DNA from: an uncultured virus (IMG/VR IMGVR_UViG_3300035660_000549) | Lineage: Duplodnaviria > Heunggongvirae > Uroviricota > Caudoviricetes | Reading direction: 5' to 3' (one strand) | Virus record (IMG/VR): IMGVR_UViG_3300035660_000549 | DNA: 64,000 nucleotides | Part shown: positions 18,706 to 27,727 of the stretch, one piece after another | Position numbering within the stretch: the first letter of the stretch is position 1 | How the letters are laid out: each line of letters starts with the position of its first letter | The notes under the pieces: model-generated | The model's database searches: none | What the model saw: only the letters and a program-made list of their open reading frames with translations | Told to the model about the DNA's origin: nothing | Made by a program: the position numbers and the translations under genes

Positions 18706-20023
18706 AATAACCTAATAAAAATGTTTCAGTAGGGTCCAAATCATAAGTAGCATTATATTCCTTGGAAGCTTCTTTTGTAACAGTACCATTGTAAGGACCA
18801 TAAATATTACTAGTCTCATCCCTAACCCAGAATTCACATTTATAATATGAAGAAGCTAGATCTGCTTCATCATGCCAATCACATCTCAATTGAGTAGTCT
18901 CCGCACCAGTCCTTATCACTTTAATTGGATCTGCTGTTACTGATACAATATTGAACCCTATAAAAGAATAGATGATAGATAAGATTCTAGATATTATAGT
19001 ACCAATACCAAATTTAGAAGATAGAATTCTACTAATAGATACTTTAGTAGAATATTTGATCCCAATTAGTTTAGGCACTAAAATCCTAATATTAAATATT
19101 GATAGAAATATCTTAGTAATTCTATTTAATAAATTAAACTTAATAGAAAATACTTTAGACAGTCTTGCTATGGAGCTATAAAGTCCTATCAATGTTTTAA
19201 TAACTATTAAACCAATATTATGTTTAATTGAAAATGCTCTAGTAATTCTTCCTATCAAACTATAAAGAGAACTGAAAATCTTAGATACTAACTTTAGAAT
19301 AGAACATTTACTTATTTGGAGTTTAGTAATTAAAGTCTTTAAGAAATATTTTGAAGTAAATATCTGAATTATTTGGCCTAGTATGTTATAAACTGATGAT
19401 AATCCTTTAGAAACATATGTTGCTTCTTGCAAGTCTAAATTTTCAACGTCGCAATCCATAATATAAGCACCACCATCATTGTAAGTTTGGCTTGCATAAA
19501 CATACCGAAAGCTAACCGTGCCATGCAAAGTTAAACTTAACGTCGCTAAAAGGATTGTTCTTGCTGAATCACTATACACTTTGCAAGTGAGTGCTGTGCC
19601 AGCACGCTTAATAGTTAAATAGTACATAGTGCCAGCAGTAACTTGATAATATGCGCTTGTATATTCAGTTCCCACATAAAGTTCTCTGAGGTAAAGCTGG
19701 AAGACTGTGGCTGAAGATGCATATATTAAAACGCAAAGTTCATCACCGTTTGCGACATCAATTCCAACGTAATCATCAACCAAATTAGCTAACGCCCAAA
19801 CCTGCGGATTCCCATAAGCGGTTGATGATGATACTGCTTTAACGTCTATTTTATGTTCAAAATCACCGCTAAAATGGTTAACGCCCTTGTCTTTGTAGAG
19901 GTAAGCATCTTCGTTGCGGTAAGCGTTAAAATCAACATGATTAGTTCCCACTAAACCAATGTGAAAGTTTGGGTCAACTTTAGTGTAAGTAGTGAAGTCT
20001 TCTAAAGGCATTTTATCTTTCAC
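18671..20023 (-). CDS. Second fibre-like protein: lectin-like N-domain, 15-aa repeats, C-terminal Ig-like domain
   Basis: Same S-x-Y/F-x-I 15-aa basic repeat as 14534..18412, flanked by beta-rich domains. Confidence 0.55.
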   Translation of the reverse strand: MKDKMPLEDFTTYTKVDPNFHIGLVGTNHVDFNAYRNEDAYLYKDKGVNHFSGDFEHKIDVKAVSSSTAYGNPQVWALANLVDDYVGIDVANGDELCVLIYASSATVFQLYLRELYVGTEYTSAYYQVTAGTMYYLTIKRAGTALTCKVYSDSARTILLATLSLTLHGTVSFRYVYASQTYNDGGAYIMDCDVENLDLQEATYVSKGLSSVYNILGQIIQIFTSKYFLKTLITKLQISKCSILKLVSKIFSSLYSLIGRITRAFSIKHNIGLIVIKTLIGLYSSIARLSKVFSIKFNLLNRITKIFLSIFNIRILVPKLIGIKYSTKVSISRILSSKFGIGTIISRILSIIYSFIGFNIVSVTADPIKVIRTGAETTQLRCDWHDEADLASSYYKCEFWVRDETSNIYGPYNGTVTKEASKEYNATYDLDPTETFLLGYYDIKAEVTKYG

Positions 20024-20244
20024 CTTCCCAATAAATTATCTTTATAAGATATTTTAATATGCTCCATTTATAAAAATATATACTTCTAACCTTCGACAAA
20101 GTTAATTCTAATCTATTATTTTTTTTCCTTAGTATTATTTTAAGCCGTGGACTAGGCTTCTTGATAAACCTATTTCTAAATTTTAAGTTCATTAGAGCAT
20201 CCTCTTTTATTACTTGAAAACATCTAAATAAAAATATTTCTGCT

Positions 20245-20550
20245 TTAAAACTTTAACCAGCTACATGGTAAAGATCTATCTAAGTTTTCTATTGCTTCAA
20301 AACATTTACCACATTTAGAAAATCCAATACAGTCTCCTTTTCTTAGATAGCATTTACTATTTGGAAATATAATGACTCTGGGTCCACGATTTAAAGAATA
20401 AATAAGAACAGGTTCGTAGTGCTTACCATAGACACAGTGGGTACACTTCTGTAAGATCCCGTAGGAGAGTCCTGGTCTGTGTCTACTAAAGAAACTTAGG
20501 AGATTATTGAAGAACTGAGATAGCACTAGATTTATTTCCATTGAACTCAA
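20245..20550 (-). CDS. Cys-rich hypothetical protein
   Basis: ORF track; CTHC and CGKC motifs; true start uncertain. Confidence 0.35.
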   Translation of the reverse strand: MSSMEINLVLSQFFNNLLSFFSRHRPGLSYGILQKCTHCVYGKHYEPVLIYSLNRGPRVIIFPNSKCYLRKGDCIGFSKCGKCFEAIENLDRSLPCSWLKF

Positions 20551-21178
20551 TCACATATGTCTTCTGTACTGTTACAGTGTATGGACTAGCGGTCGTTTCA
20601 CACTGTATCTTGAGTGTACAGGCCCTGTTAGAATAAGCTGAAGCACCAGCTGGTACTACTCTTCTCAACCATATACCGAAGTAACTCTGAGCAGCTAGAG
20701 TAGTTGGTCCCATGCTAGTTGCAAATGTAGTAGCTAGACTTGCAGATGTGAATCCAATTGTGTTAGAAGCCAATGTTCCAGAAGTAGCATTCTCTACAAC
20801 CCAGATTATGCTTCCAGCAGTCTCGTTAGGAGCTGTACTTTCATCTGTACATACTCCCATAGTATTGCTTCCTAGAGCAAATGTACTTGAAGCAATAGAA
20901 ATAGTATCTGCTACAGAAGCAGATCTTAAATATCCATCTATCCAGAACTTAGTATTAATCATTGTATAGGTTGCATTAGTATCCTTAACATATATTCCTC
21001 TATACTCAGTGTCTCCAGCACTAGACTCGTCTCCAGTAACATCATCAAAGATATTGTTAGCTAGAGCATCTGTGATAGTAGTTCCTGATATTGTTCCTCC
21101 TAGAGATAGAGTGTTGTTAGTAGGTCCTGAAGCTGCATCACTATAATAGAATACTATATTTAAACTACTTAATGGCAT
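20504..21178 (-). CDS. Ser/Thr/Ala-rich virion structural protein
   Basis: 'SLGG', 'NNIFDDVTGDESSAGDTEYRGIYV', 'GIWLRRVVPAGA' recall a recurrent phage virion-protein family; has its own promoter and GGTGA SD. Confidence 0.55.
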   Translation of the reverse strand: MPLSSLNIVFYYSDAASGPTNNTLSLGGTISGTTITDALANNIFDDVTGDESSAGDTEYRGIYVKDTNATYTMINTKFWIDGYLRSASVADTISIASSTFALGSNTMGVCTDESTAPNETAGSIIWVVENATSGTLASNTIGFTSASLATTFATSMGPTTLAAQSYFGIWLRRVVPAGASAYSNRACTLKIQCETTASPYTVTVQKTYVIEFNGNKSSAISVLQ

Positions 21179-21206
21179 TATTATTCACCTAAATAGTATT
21201 CTTGAG

Positions 21207-21220
21207 AAGAGATATTTAAA
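21207..21220 (-). promoter_or_regulatory. Conserved viral promoter motif TTTAAATATCTCTT
   Basis: Exact 14-mer match to 50229-50242; TATA box ~35 nt upstream of the ATG at 21178. Confidence 0.6.
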
Positions 21221-22964
21221 CCTTCTCTACATCAATATATTTACGATCATGGAACTCCTGTACTTTTCCTATGTTAAACTTCTCCAAAGGTCTATAGTAT
21301 CCTACTACCCTACTGAATATTTCTGTTTCTCCTTTACATAAAGGACATTTATACTTGATACCTCTAAATGTCTTCTTCTCTTCTTTGCAGATTGAAAAGG
21401 TGTTTGTTAGATCAAAGTATGGAATCTTGGTACCTGAAATCTTCTTGATTAGTTCTAGTATTATATTGGTATCAACCTCTTTCTCTCCTGTAAATACTCT
21501 GAAGATAGTTCCGCCAGTAAACAAGGGAAGTATCTTCTCTTCAAGTTTCAATCTTTCAAAAAGATCAATGTCAGAAGATGCTGGTATCAGTAGAGAAGTA
21601 TAGTATGGAGCAGACTTTGTTCCTAGAGTAATTATTCCTGGATTTAGTTTTCTATCGACATAAGCAAGTCTGTATGCGGATCCTTCTCCAGGTATCATTT
21701 CTATATTAATTAATTGTTTAGTTTCTATTTGTTTCTCTTTAACCCATCTCCTAAGGAACTTCATGACCTTCTCTATGAATGGAATATTCTGGGTTATATC
21801 AGTCCCAATATAATTCAAACACATCTCATTAAATCCTATTACTCCAATAGTAATAAAATAATTCTTCATGGACCAAGCATTCAATAAATTAAATGGCATC
21901 ATTTTGTTCTGGTATTTCCCTATTCTCTCCTTCCTAAAGTTTAGAATGAATAGAGCCATTTCTAGTCTTTCACTAAGTTTCTCAAAGAATATATCCTCTT
22001 CTTTTCCTTTACAATCAAAACCCAGTCTAGGGAAGTTAATAGTTACTACACCAAGACTTCCTGTCCCTTCGGCAGTATTCCAAAGACCTGAAGGACCAGA
22101 TAGTTCTCTCATATCAATATTTAATCTACAACATAGACTTCTAATACTATCTTCATCTATTCCGCTACCTAGGTAGGACATCCAGTAATAAGATCCGACC
22201 TTGTTAGCATTCTCAGCCATCAGTCTAGATGCTTCTGAATTCCAGTCAAACTTCTTAGTCAAATTAATTGTCAATATAGGAAATGTGAATGGTATTCCAT
22301 TTGGGTCTTTATCCATCATTAATTCACTTATTGCTCTATCAACCATAGATATTTCATCTAGACAATCTGAGTACTTGAAGCCAGTAGAATCGCCTCCGAC
22401 TACAGCTTCTTCATCTTCTAGAAATCTAGGAACACAATAGTTTAAAGATAAATTAGTGAAAGGCGTTTGTGAACTTGCCCTCATAGTGTAATTCAGATTA
22501 AATATTAACTTCTGCATTTGCTGTTTGACATCTGAGTATGATAGATGATCTTTCTTAATGAAGGGAGCAATAAGTGTATCTGCATCATTGAATGCTTGTG
22601 CTCCTGCCATTTCCATTTGACTACAATATAACCAATTCATTATTTGATCTGTTAAACTGTTCAAATGTTTTGCTGGTCTAGAACTTACTGTAAAAGTCTT
22701 CATTCCATTCATAATCAATAATTTAAGAGAGTGACCAGCACAATAAGGTACGTAACCTCCAGATTCTAGATTATGAATATGGATTATTGCATCTTGATGG
22801 GCCTTTCTATATTTATATGGTAGGGAAGATAGAAAATCATTAGCTAGAATGTTACTAGCAATAAAGTTCTGCATATTGGAGAAACTCTCATTAGTATTAG
22901 CATTCTCTCTGATCCTCCAACTGGATTTAGATAGATATTTCTGTATTAAATTATTATATTCCAT
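21216..22964 (-). CDS. nrdD: Anaerobic (class III) ribonucleoside-triphosphate reductase
   Basis: 'ENAN', 'HIHNL', 'PYCAG', 'FTFPI', 'SLCCRL', C-terminal CPLC and glycyl-radical motif 'SRVVGYYRP'. Confidence 0.95.
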   Translation of the reverse strand: MEYNNLIQKYLSKSSWRIRENANTNESFSNMQNFIASNILANDFLSSLPYKYRKAHQDAIIHIHNLESGGYVPYCAGHSLKLLIMNGMKTFTVSSRPAKHLNSLTDQIMNWLYCSQMEMAGAQAFNDADTLIAPFIKKDHLSYSDVKQQMQKLIFNLNYTMRASSQTPFTNLSLNYCVPRFLEDEEAVVGGDSTGFKYSDCLDEISMVDRAISELMMDKDPNGIPFTFPILTINLTKKFDWNSEASRLMAENANKVGSYYWMSYLGSGIDEDSIRSLCCRLNIDMRELSGPSGLWNTAEGTGSLGVVTINFPRLGFDCKGKEEDIFFEKLSERLEMALFILNFRKERIGKYQNKMMPFNLLNAWSMKNYFITIGVIGFNEMCLNYIGTDITQNIPFIEKVMKFLRRWVKEKQIETKQLINIEMIPGEGSAYRLAYVDRKLNPGIITLGTKSAPYYTSLLIPASSDIDLFERLKLEEKILPLFTGGTIFRVFTGEKEVDTNIILELIKKISGTKIPYFDLTNTFSICKEEKKTFRGIKYKCPLCKGETEIFSRVVGYYRPLEKFNIGKVQEFHDRKYIDVEKV

Positions 22965-23040
22965 TCTATTTCACCAGATAAGTAAAATAATAAAAGAGGA
23001 GAAGAAACTTATAAATTAATACTCCCAGTTTAGAATTCTA

Positions 23041-23697
23041 TCACTGTTGAGACAATATATCACAGGCCTCTAGATAATCCTTGTAAGTATTAATAGTGAT
23101 CCATTTCCCTTTTAGTCTTTCTGCTTTCAGTATCCTTCTCTCTGCTAGGTTAGGAAGTACTAGTTCTTCTAAGTTTCCTATATCTGGGAAGTATGTATCA
23201 ACTATATGTTTCTTCATTACATAATGGCCCACTGACACGTAGAAATCTAGGATTGGTTTCTCTCTAAACCCTAGTACTAGATCTTGCCTAAGTTCTACTC
23301 TACCATATCCTATCCTAGGTTTACTAACCAGGATCTTGGCTTCATAGTCTCCTATAAGCATTAACCTAGGATTGTATCCTAGAATAATATCATCAACATT
23401 ACAAAGGTAGAAGTTCTTGGACTTCAATAGATCTGAAGCTATTAGGACAGCTCCTCCAGTTCCTCTATGGTTCCCTATACTCCATTCTACATATGGATCT
23501 AGAGAAGGCCTAATGTCATACTTCTGATCAGAAGCAATTATTATATGGTCAAACTTATGCTGTAGTAACCATCTAATCTGGTATTCTAGAAGACTCAGAT
23601 TGTTTAGTTTGAGCATTGGTTTGGGTATTATAGTATCCTGTTTCAGTCTCCATCCTTCTCCTCCACATAGGAGGATCGCTTCGTTAGTTTCTTCCAA
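23041..23697 (-). CDS. Sugar-phosphate nucleotidyltransferase
   Basis: 'AILLCGGEGWRL...PKPM', 'GTGGA', 'NVDD', 'FREKP'. Confidence 0.9.
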   Translation of the reverse strand: MEETNEAILLCGGEGWRLKQDTIIPKPMLKLNNLSLLEYQIRWLLQHKFDHIIIASDQKYDIRPSLDPYVEWSIGNHRGTGGAVLIASDLLKSKNFYLCNVDDIILGYNPRLMLIGDYEAKILVSKPRIGYGRVELRQDLVLGFREKPILDFYVSVGHYVMKKHIVDTYFPDIGNLEELVLPNLAERRILKAERLKGKWITINTYKDYLEACDILSQQ

Positions 23698-24982
23698 TTC
23701 TTAATCTCTCCTTTACTTTATTTAATTTAGTTATTCTTGAAGGTTCTCTCTCCATACATAATTCACAAGCAGTTCGACTGGCTAGATTCTCGAGTATAGA
23801 TAGGGTCTGGCTATTTATAGGTGTCATGTTTATACTCCTCTGGTTGTAATTGAATTCTCTCCAGTTTACTTTATCAGGAAGGATATTTTTCTCTTTACAC
23901 CAGTTCCATAGTTCAGTACCAGGGAAGGGAGTAGTCCTTGCTGCTCCTAGACCACCATCTATATTATGTTCCTTCATGAAGTTTATAGTAGTAAAAATCT
24001 CTTCAGTGGTCTCTGTAGGATTACCAATCATAAAGCTCCCCTGTACTATTACTCCATGTTTGTTACAAAGGTCAATAGCATTTACTGAATCTTCTACTTT
24101 AATCTTCTTTCTTAATATATCCAAGATCCTCTGTACTGCACTCTCAAAGCCAAATGCTAGTTGTACGAGACCTGTGTTCTTACACATTTCTAGAGTGTCT
24201 TCTGTTACATCTGTGACCCTACTGTTTGCAGACCAATACATTTTAATCTTTTCTGATTCTAGGAGACTGCAGATCTTTTCTAGTCTTTTCTTGTTTACTA
24301 GGAAATCATCATCATGGAAGTGGATAGTCTGTACTTTATATTTATTAATTAATAATTTAACCTCTTCGATTATCTTCTCAGCAGATCTATATCTAACTGG
24401 AGCATCCTTAAACGAATTATAGCAAAAGGTACAGTTGAAAGGACATCCTCTAGAGTGAAGAGTTGCAAATAGTCTATCACATGGATCAGCATATGTTAAG
24501 ATAGAATCCCACACTTTCCTTCTTACTCTAGTGTAGTGCTCCATATCTATTAAATGATAAGCTGGTAAAGGAAGTTTGTCTAAATCTAGAAATGGTTCTC
24601 CCTTTATAATTCCCTTCTCCCTAGATTCAATTAAATGAGCAAGGGTCTTCTCTCCTTCTCCTACAACAACTGCATCTACAAACCTTATAGCTTCTTCTGG
24701 TAAAGCACTTGGATGTCTTCCTCCTAATACAGTATAACATCCATAGGCTTTAGAAATACTAGCACATTCTATTGCATCATTAATACCTGGAGTTATAGCT
24801 GATATTCCAACTACGTCTGGCTTGAAGGCTTTTAGTACTTCCTGGAAGTTATCCCATAGACTCCTATCAACTATATCAACAGTATGCCCTAGTTCTTCTA
24901 GGTAGGAAGCAATATTTAACATTCCATAATGTGGCATCTCTGGGAATCCTCCTGCATCTGATATTACTAGGAGTACTTTCAT
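23684..24982 (-). CDS. Cobalamin-binding radical SAM enzyme (class B methyltransferase-like)
   Basis: B12-binding N-domain 'PDVVGIS...VLGGRHPS...VVVGEGE' plus 'SRGCPFNCTFC'. Confidence 0.92.
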   Translation of the reverse strand: MKVLLVISDAGGFPEMPHYGMLNIASYLEELGHTVDIVDRSLWDNFQEVLKAFKPDVVGISAITPGINDAIECASISKAYGCYTVLGGRHPSALPEEAIRFVDAVVVGEGEKTLAHLIESREKGIIKGEPFLDLDKLPLPAYHLIDMEHYTRVRRKVWDSILTYADPCDRLFATLHSRGCPFNCTFCYNSFKDAPVRYRSAEKIIEEVKLLINKYKVQTIHFHDDDFLVNKKRLEKICSLLESEKIKMYWSANSRVTDVTEDTLEMCKNTGLVQLAFGFESAVQRILDILRKKIKVEDSVNAIDLCNKHGVIVQGSFMIGNPTETTEEIFTTINFMKEHNIDGGLGAARTTPFPGTELWNWCKEKNILPDKVNWREFNYNQRSINMTPINSQTLSILENLASRTACELCMEREPSRITKLNKVKERLRIGRN

Positions 24983-25668
24983 TCTAGTTCCTCTTTTGCT
25001 TCTACCAGATCATTTTGTGTATTTATATTAAAATATTTATTACAGACCCTATACCCTTCAACTAGACATCTTTCCCTAATAGCATAGTCTATGGCTTCTA
25101 CAAAGTTCTCTTCCCTAGAAGAAACCATTTTCTCTAGTAACTTCTTCCCTATAATACAGTATCCTGTACCTTTTAGATTGGTAACTACTTCTTTAGGCTT
25201 CTCAACTAGTTTCTTTATAAAATGATCTTGAGAAATAATATTGTAAGTTTTCTTAATCTCTTCATGGTTCTTTTCCTCTAAATATCCTAATAGACCGTCT
25301 AGGTAAGGACTTCCATTATAATAAATTAACATTTCCCTGGTCCTTCCTCCAACTAATATCTCATCTCCTAGCATTAGGAAGAAAGGAGGCTTCCTTCCTC
25401 TCATTCCAGTCTTTATAGCATCCATTGTACCTGTAGGTTTGTCTTGGATCTCATAATCAATAGAGATATTTTTATATTGATCACCAAATAGATTATGAAG
25501 TTCAAAATATCCTAGTCTAGAAGTAACTATGATAATCTTCTCAGGTTTGAGAGGTACTGCACTATCTAGTGAATATTGTATGATTGGTTTGTCCTTAACT
25601 AGTATAGTACATTTATATTTATTGTTAAGTCTCTCTCCCTTACCAGCTGCTAGTATCAGAACTATCAT
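24979..25668 (-). CDS. Sugar-phosphate nucleotidyltransferase (RmlA-like)
   Basis: 'LILAAGKGERL', 'QDKPTGT', 'LGDE', 'LVEKP'. Confidence 0.9.
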   Translation of the reverse strand: MIVLILAAGKGERLNNKYKCTILVKDKPIIQYSLDSAVPLKPEKIIIVTSRLGYFELHNLFGDQYKNISIDYEIQDKPTGTMDAIKTGMRGRKPPFFLMLGDEILVGGRTREMLIYYNGSPYLDGLLGYLEEKNHEEIKKTYNIISQDHFIKKLVEKPKEVVTNLKGTGYCIIGKKLLEKMVSSREENFVEAIDYAIRERCLVEGYRVCNKYFNINTQNDLVEAKEELE

Positions 25669-26690
25669 ACTATTCCTCTAAATAGTTCTAGGTTATTCTT
25701 AATCCATCCAGTAGTTTCTAGGAGACCTTCACTAGGTTTTACAGATGGTCTCCAGTCTAGATTTTTACTAGCTTTAGAAATATCAGATACAAAATAGTAT
25801 AGGTCTCCAAACCTTTCCTTCTCCAACTTAATGTATGGTTCTTTCCCTAGGAGAATAGAAACATATCCTATTACTTCCTTCAAAGATATTGCACATTCTG
25901 GTCCTCCCCCTACTATATACAATCCTGGCTTCTGGTTTTCATAGTACTTCAAGAATACTCTAGAAGCATCTGTACAATATAGGATATCTCTAACCTGTTT
26001 ATCGGTACCATAGATAGAGATCGGAAGATCTTTTAGGATCCTTATAATAAAGTTAGAGACCCATCCATGATGCATACCAGCAAACTGTCTAGGGCCGTAC
26101 ATCCCAGTCAGTCTCATTATACCTACTTTGAGACCATATGTATCTATAAAAGCCTGACCATATATTTCAGTACTTGCTTTAGAAGCATGTAAAGGAGATA
26201 TCTCTCCATTTAATATTCTATTATCTTCGTTTAGTGATTCTGGGATACATTTGAACCTTGTTTCTTCTTCTATTAGGTTCTTGTTAATATCATTTCCAAA
26301 TACATGAACGGAAGAGCATATTGATACTGGTACGTCTAGTTTCCTTCCTAGCTCTAGGATATTAAATGTAGCAACAATATTGTTCATTAGGTCATATCTA
26401 GGGTTAGATATCGACAAGGTCATAGTAGGCTGAGCAGCAGTATGGATAATATAGTCTACTTTAATATCTCTAAGTTTCTCATAGTTTACTAGATCCTGTA
26501 CTAGGGTTTGAATCCCCATCTTCTTTAGGAGATTATAAGTATAGTATCTAGTACTAGGTTTGTATCCACTTCTCTTCATCTCAAAGGTAGTTAGATTATC
26601 TATACCTATTACTTCCCATCCTAGACCTTTGAATAGTTCACAGACATGAGATCCTAAGAATCCACAACTGCCTGTTACTAATACTCTCAT
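25665..26690 (-). CDS. NAD-dependent nucleotide-sugar epimerase (CDP-paratose 2-epimerase-like)
   Basis: 'VTGSCGFLGSH', 'HTAAQP', 'MYGPRQF...GWV', 'KQVRDIL'; catalytic YxxxK appears as LHASK. Confidence 0.88.
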   Translation of the reverse strand: MRVLVTGSCGFLGSHVCELFKGLGWEVIGIDNLTTFEMKRSGYKPSTRYYTYNLLKKMGIQTLVQDLVNYEKLRDIKVDYIIHTAAQPTMTLSISNPRYDLMNNIVATFNILELGRKLDVPVSICSSVHVFGNDINKNLIEEETRFKCIPESLNEDNRILNGEISPLHASKASTEIYGQAFIDTYGLKVGIMRLTGMYGPRQFAGMHHGWVSNFIIRILKDLPISIYGTDKQVRDILYCTDASRVFLKYYENQKPGLYIVGGGPECAISLKEVIGYVSILLGKEPYIKLEKERFGDLYYFVSDISKASKNLDWRPSVKPSEGLLETTGWIKNNLELFRGIV

Positions 26691-27727
26691 TTCTTTACCT
26701 CCAGAAGTATTTTCTCTATCCTTCCACTATACTTCTCCCATGATAGATTATCCTTAACATAGAGGGAAGCTTTCTCTCTTGTCTTATTATACTTCTCTGG
26801 GTTCTTGCTAATATCAATAATAGGTTCTTCTAGGTTATCAGGATTACAAACTATTCCTATCTTGTTTTCTTCTATTATTTCACTTGGATTGGCCTCTGGA
26901 GAGATTATTACTAGAAGACCTGAAGCCATTGCATCAAAAGGACTTAACCATCCTCCCTGGTCTTTTATAGGATGCACTAGTAGATCTACTGAATGGTACA
27001 GATCTCTAAGATCTTTTCTACCTAAGTTTCCTACATATTGAAATTGATCTTCTAATTTGTTATCCTGGATAAATTTGTATATCATATTGAAGTAGTTCTG
27101 GTCCACTATTAAACCAGCAAATAGAAGTTTAATATTTGGTATTTGATCTTTCAACTTTAGTAGACCTAGTACAGAAGCACTCTGGTTCTTCCTAGGATGT
27201 ATCATTCCTACCTGGAGAATACTAAACCTTCCTTCTGTTTCAAATAGAAACTTGTTTTCCTTTCCAGAAGACCAGAATTCATAATCAACTCCATATGGTA
27301 CTATATCTGGGTCTATACTATAGAAGTCTTTGAATCTCTTAGCATTTCTCTTATCTGCAACTATAAACCTAGAAATAGTCTTTGTAACCTGGTCTTTCTC
27401 TTCATTTGGAAGAATTCTTTTATCTAATACTGAGTCTGGAGGTTCATTACAGTACCAGACAGAAGGATATTTCTCTGGAAGGAGAAGTTCTACTGGGTGA
27501 TTATGGAAGTTGATAACATCATAGTTCTTGTAGATATCTTTGAACTCTTCAAAGTTTCTAGTGAAGACAATCTTACTTTTGATATCATCTTTAACTTCTG
27601 GAATCATCATTGATGTTAGAATGTCTACTTCATGTCCTTTGTCTACTAGATAATTACTAAGTTTCTCTATACACAATTCTGCTCCTCCATAACAATAGAA
27701 GGCTGGGTGTACTATTAAGATCTTCAT
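26687..27727 (-). CDS. Glycosyltransferase, GT-B/GT4 family
   Basis: 'GGAE', 'VPYGVD', 'VGMIHPRKNQ', 'SPFDAMASG'. Confidence 0.88.
   Translation of the reverse strand: MKILIVHPAFYCYGGAELCIEKLSNYLVDKGHEVDILTSMMIPEVKDDIKSKIVFTRNFEEFKDIYKNYDVINFHNHPVELLLPEKYPSVWYCNEPPDSVLDKRILPNEEKDQVTKTISRFIVADKRNAKRFKDFYSIDPDIVPYGVDYEFWSSGKENKFLFETEGRFSILQVGMIHPRKNQSASVLGLLKLKDQIPNIKLLFAGLIVDQNYFNMIYKFIQDNKLEDQFQYVGNLGRKDLRDLYHSVDLLVHPIKDQGGWLSPFDAMASGLLVIISPEANPSEIIEENKIGIVCNPDNLEEPIIDISKNPEKYNKTREKASLYVKDNLSWEKYSGRIEKILLEVKK

Noticed and set aside
14534..20023. Diversity-generating retroelement or invertible cassette acting on the fibre genes
   Set aside because: No reverse transcriptase, recombinase, TR/VR pair or flanking inverted repeats seen in the window.
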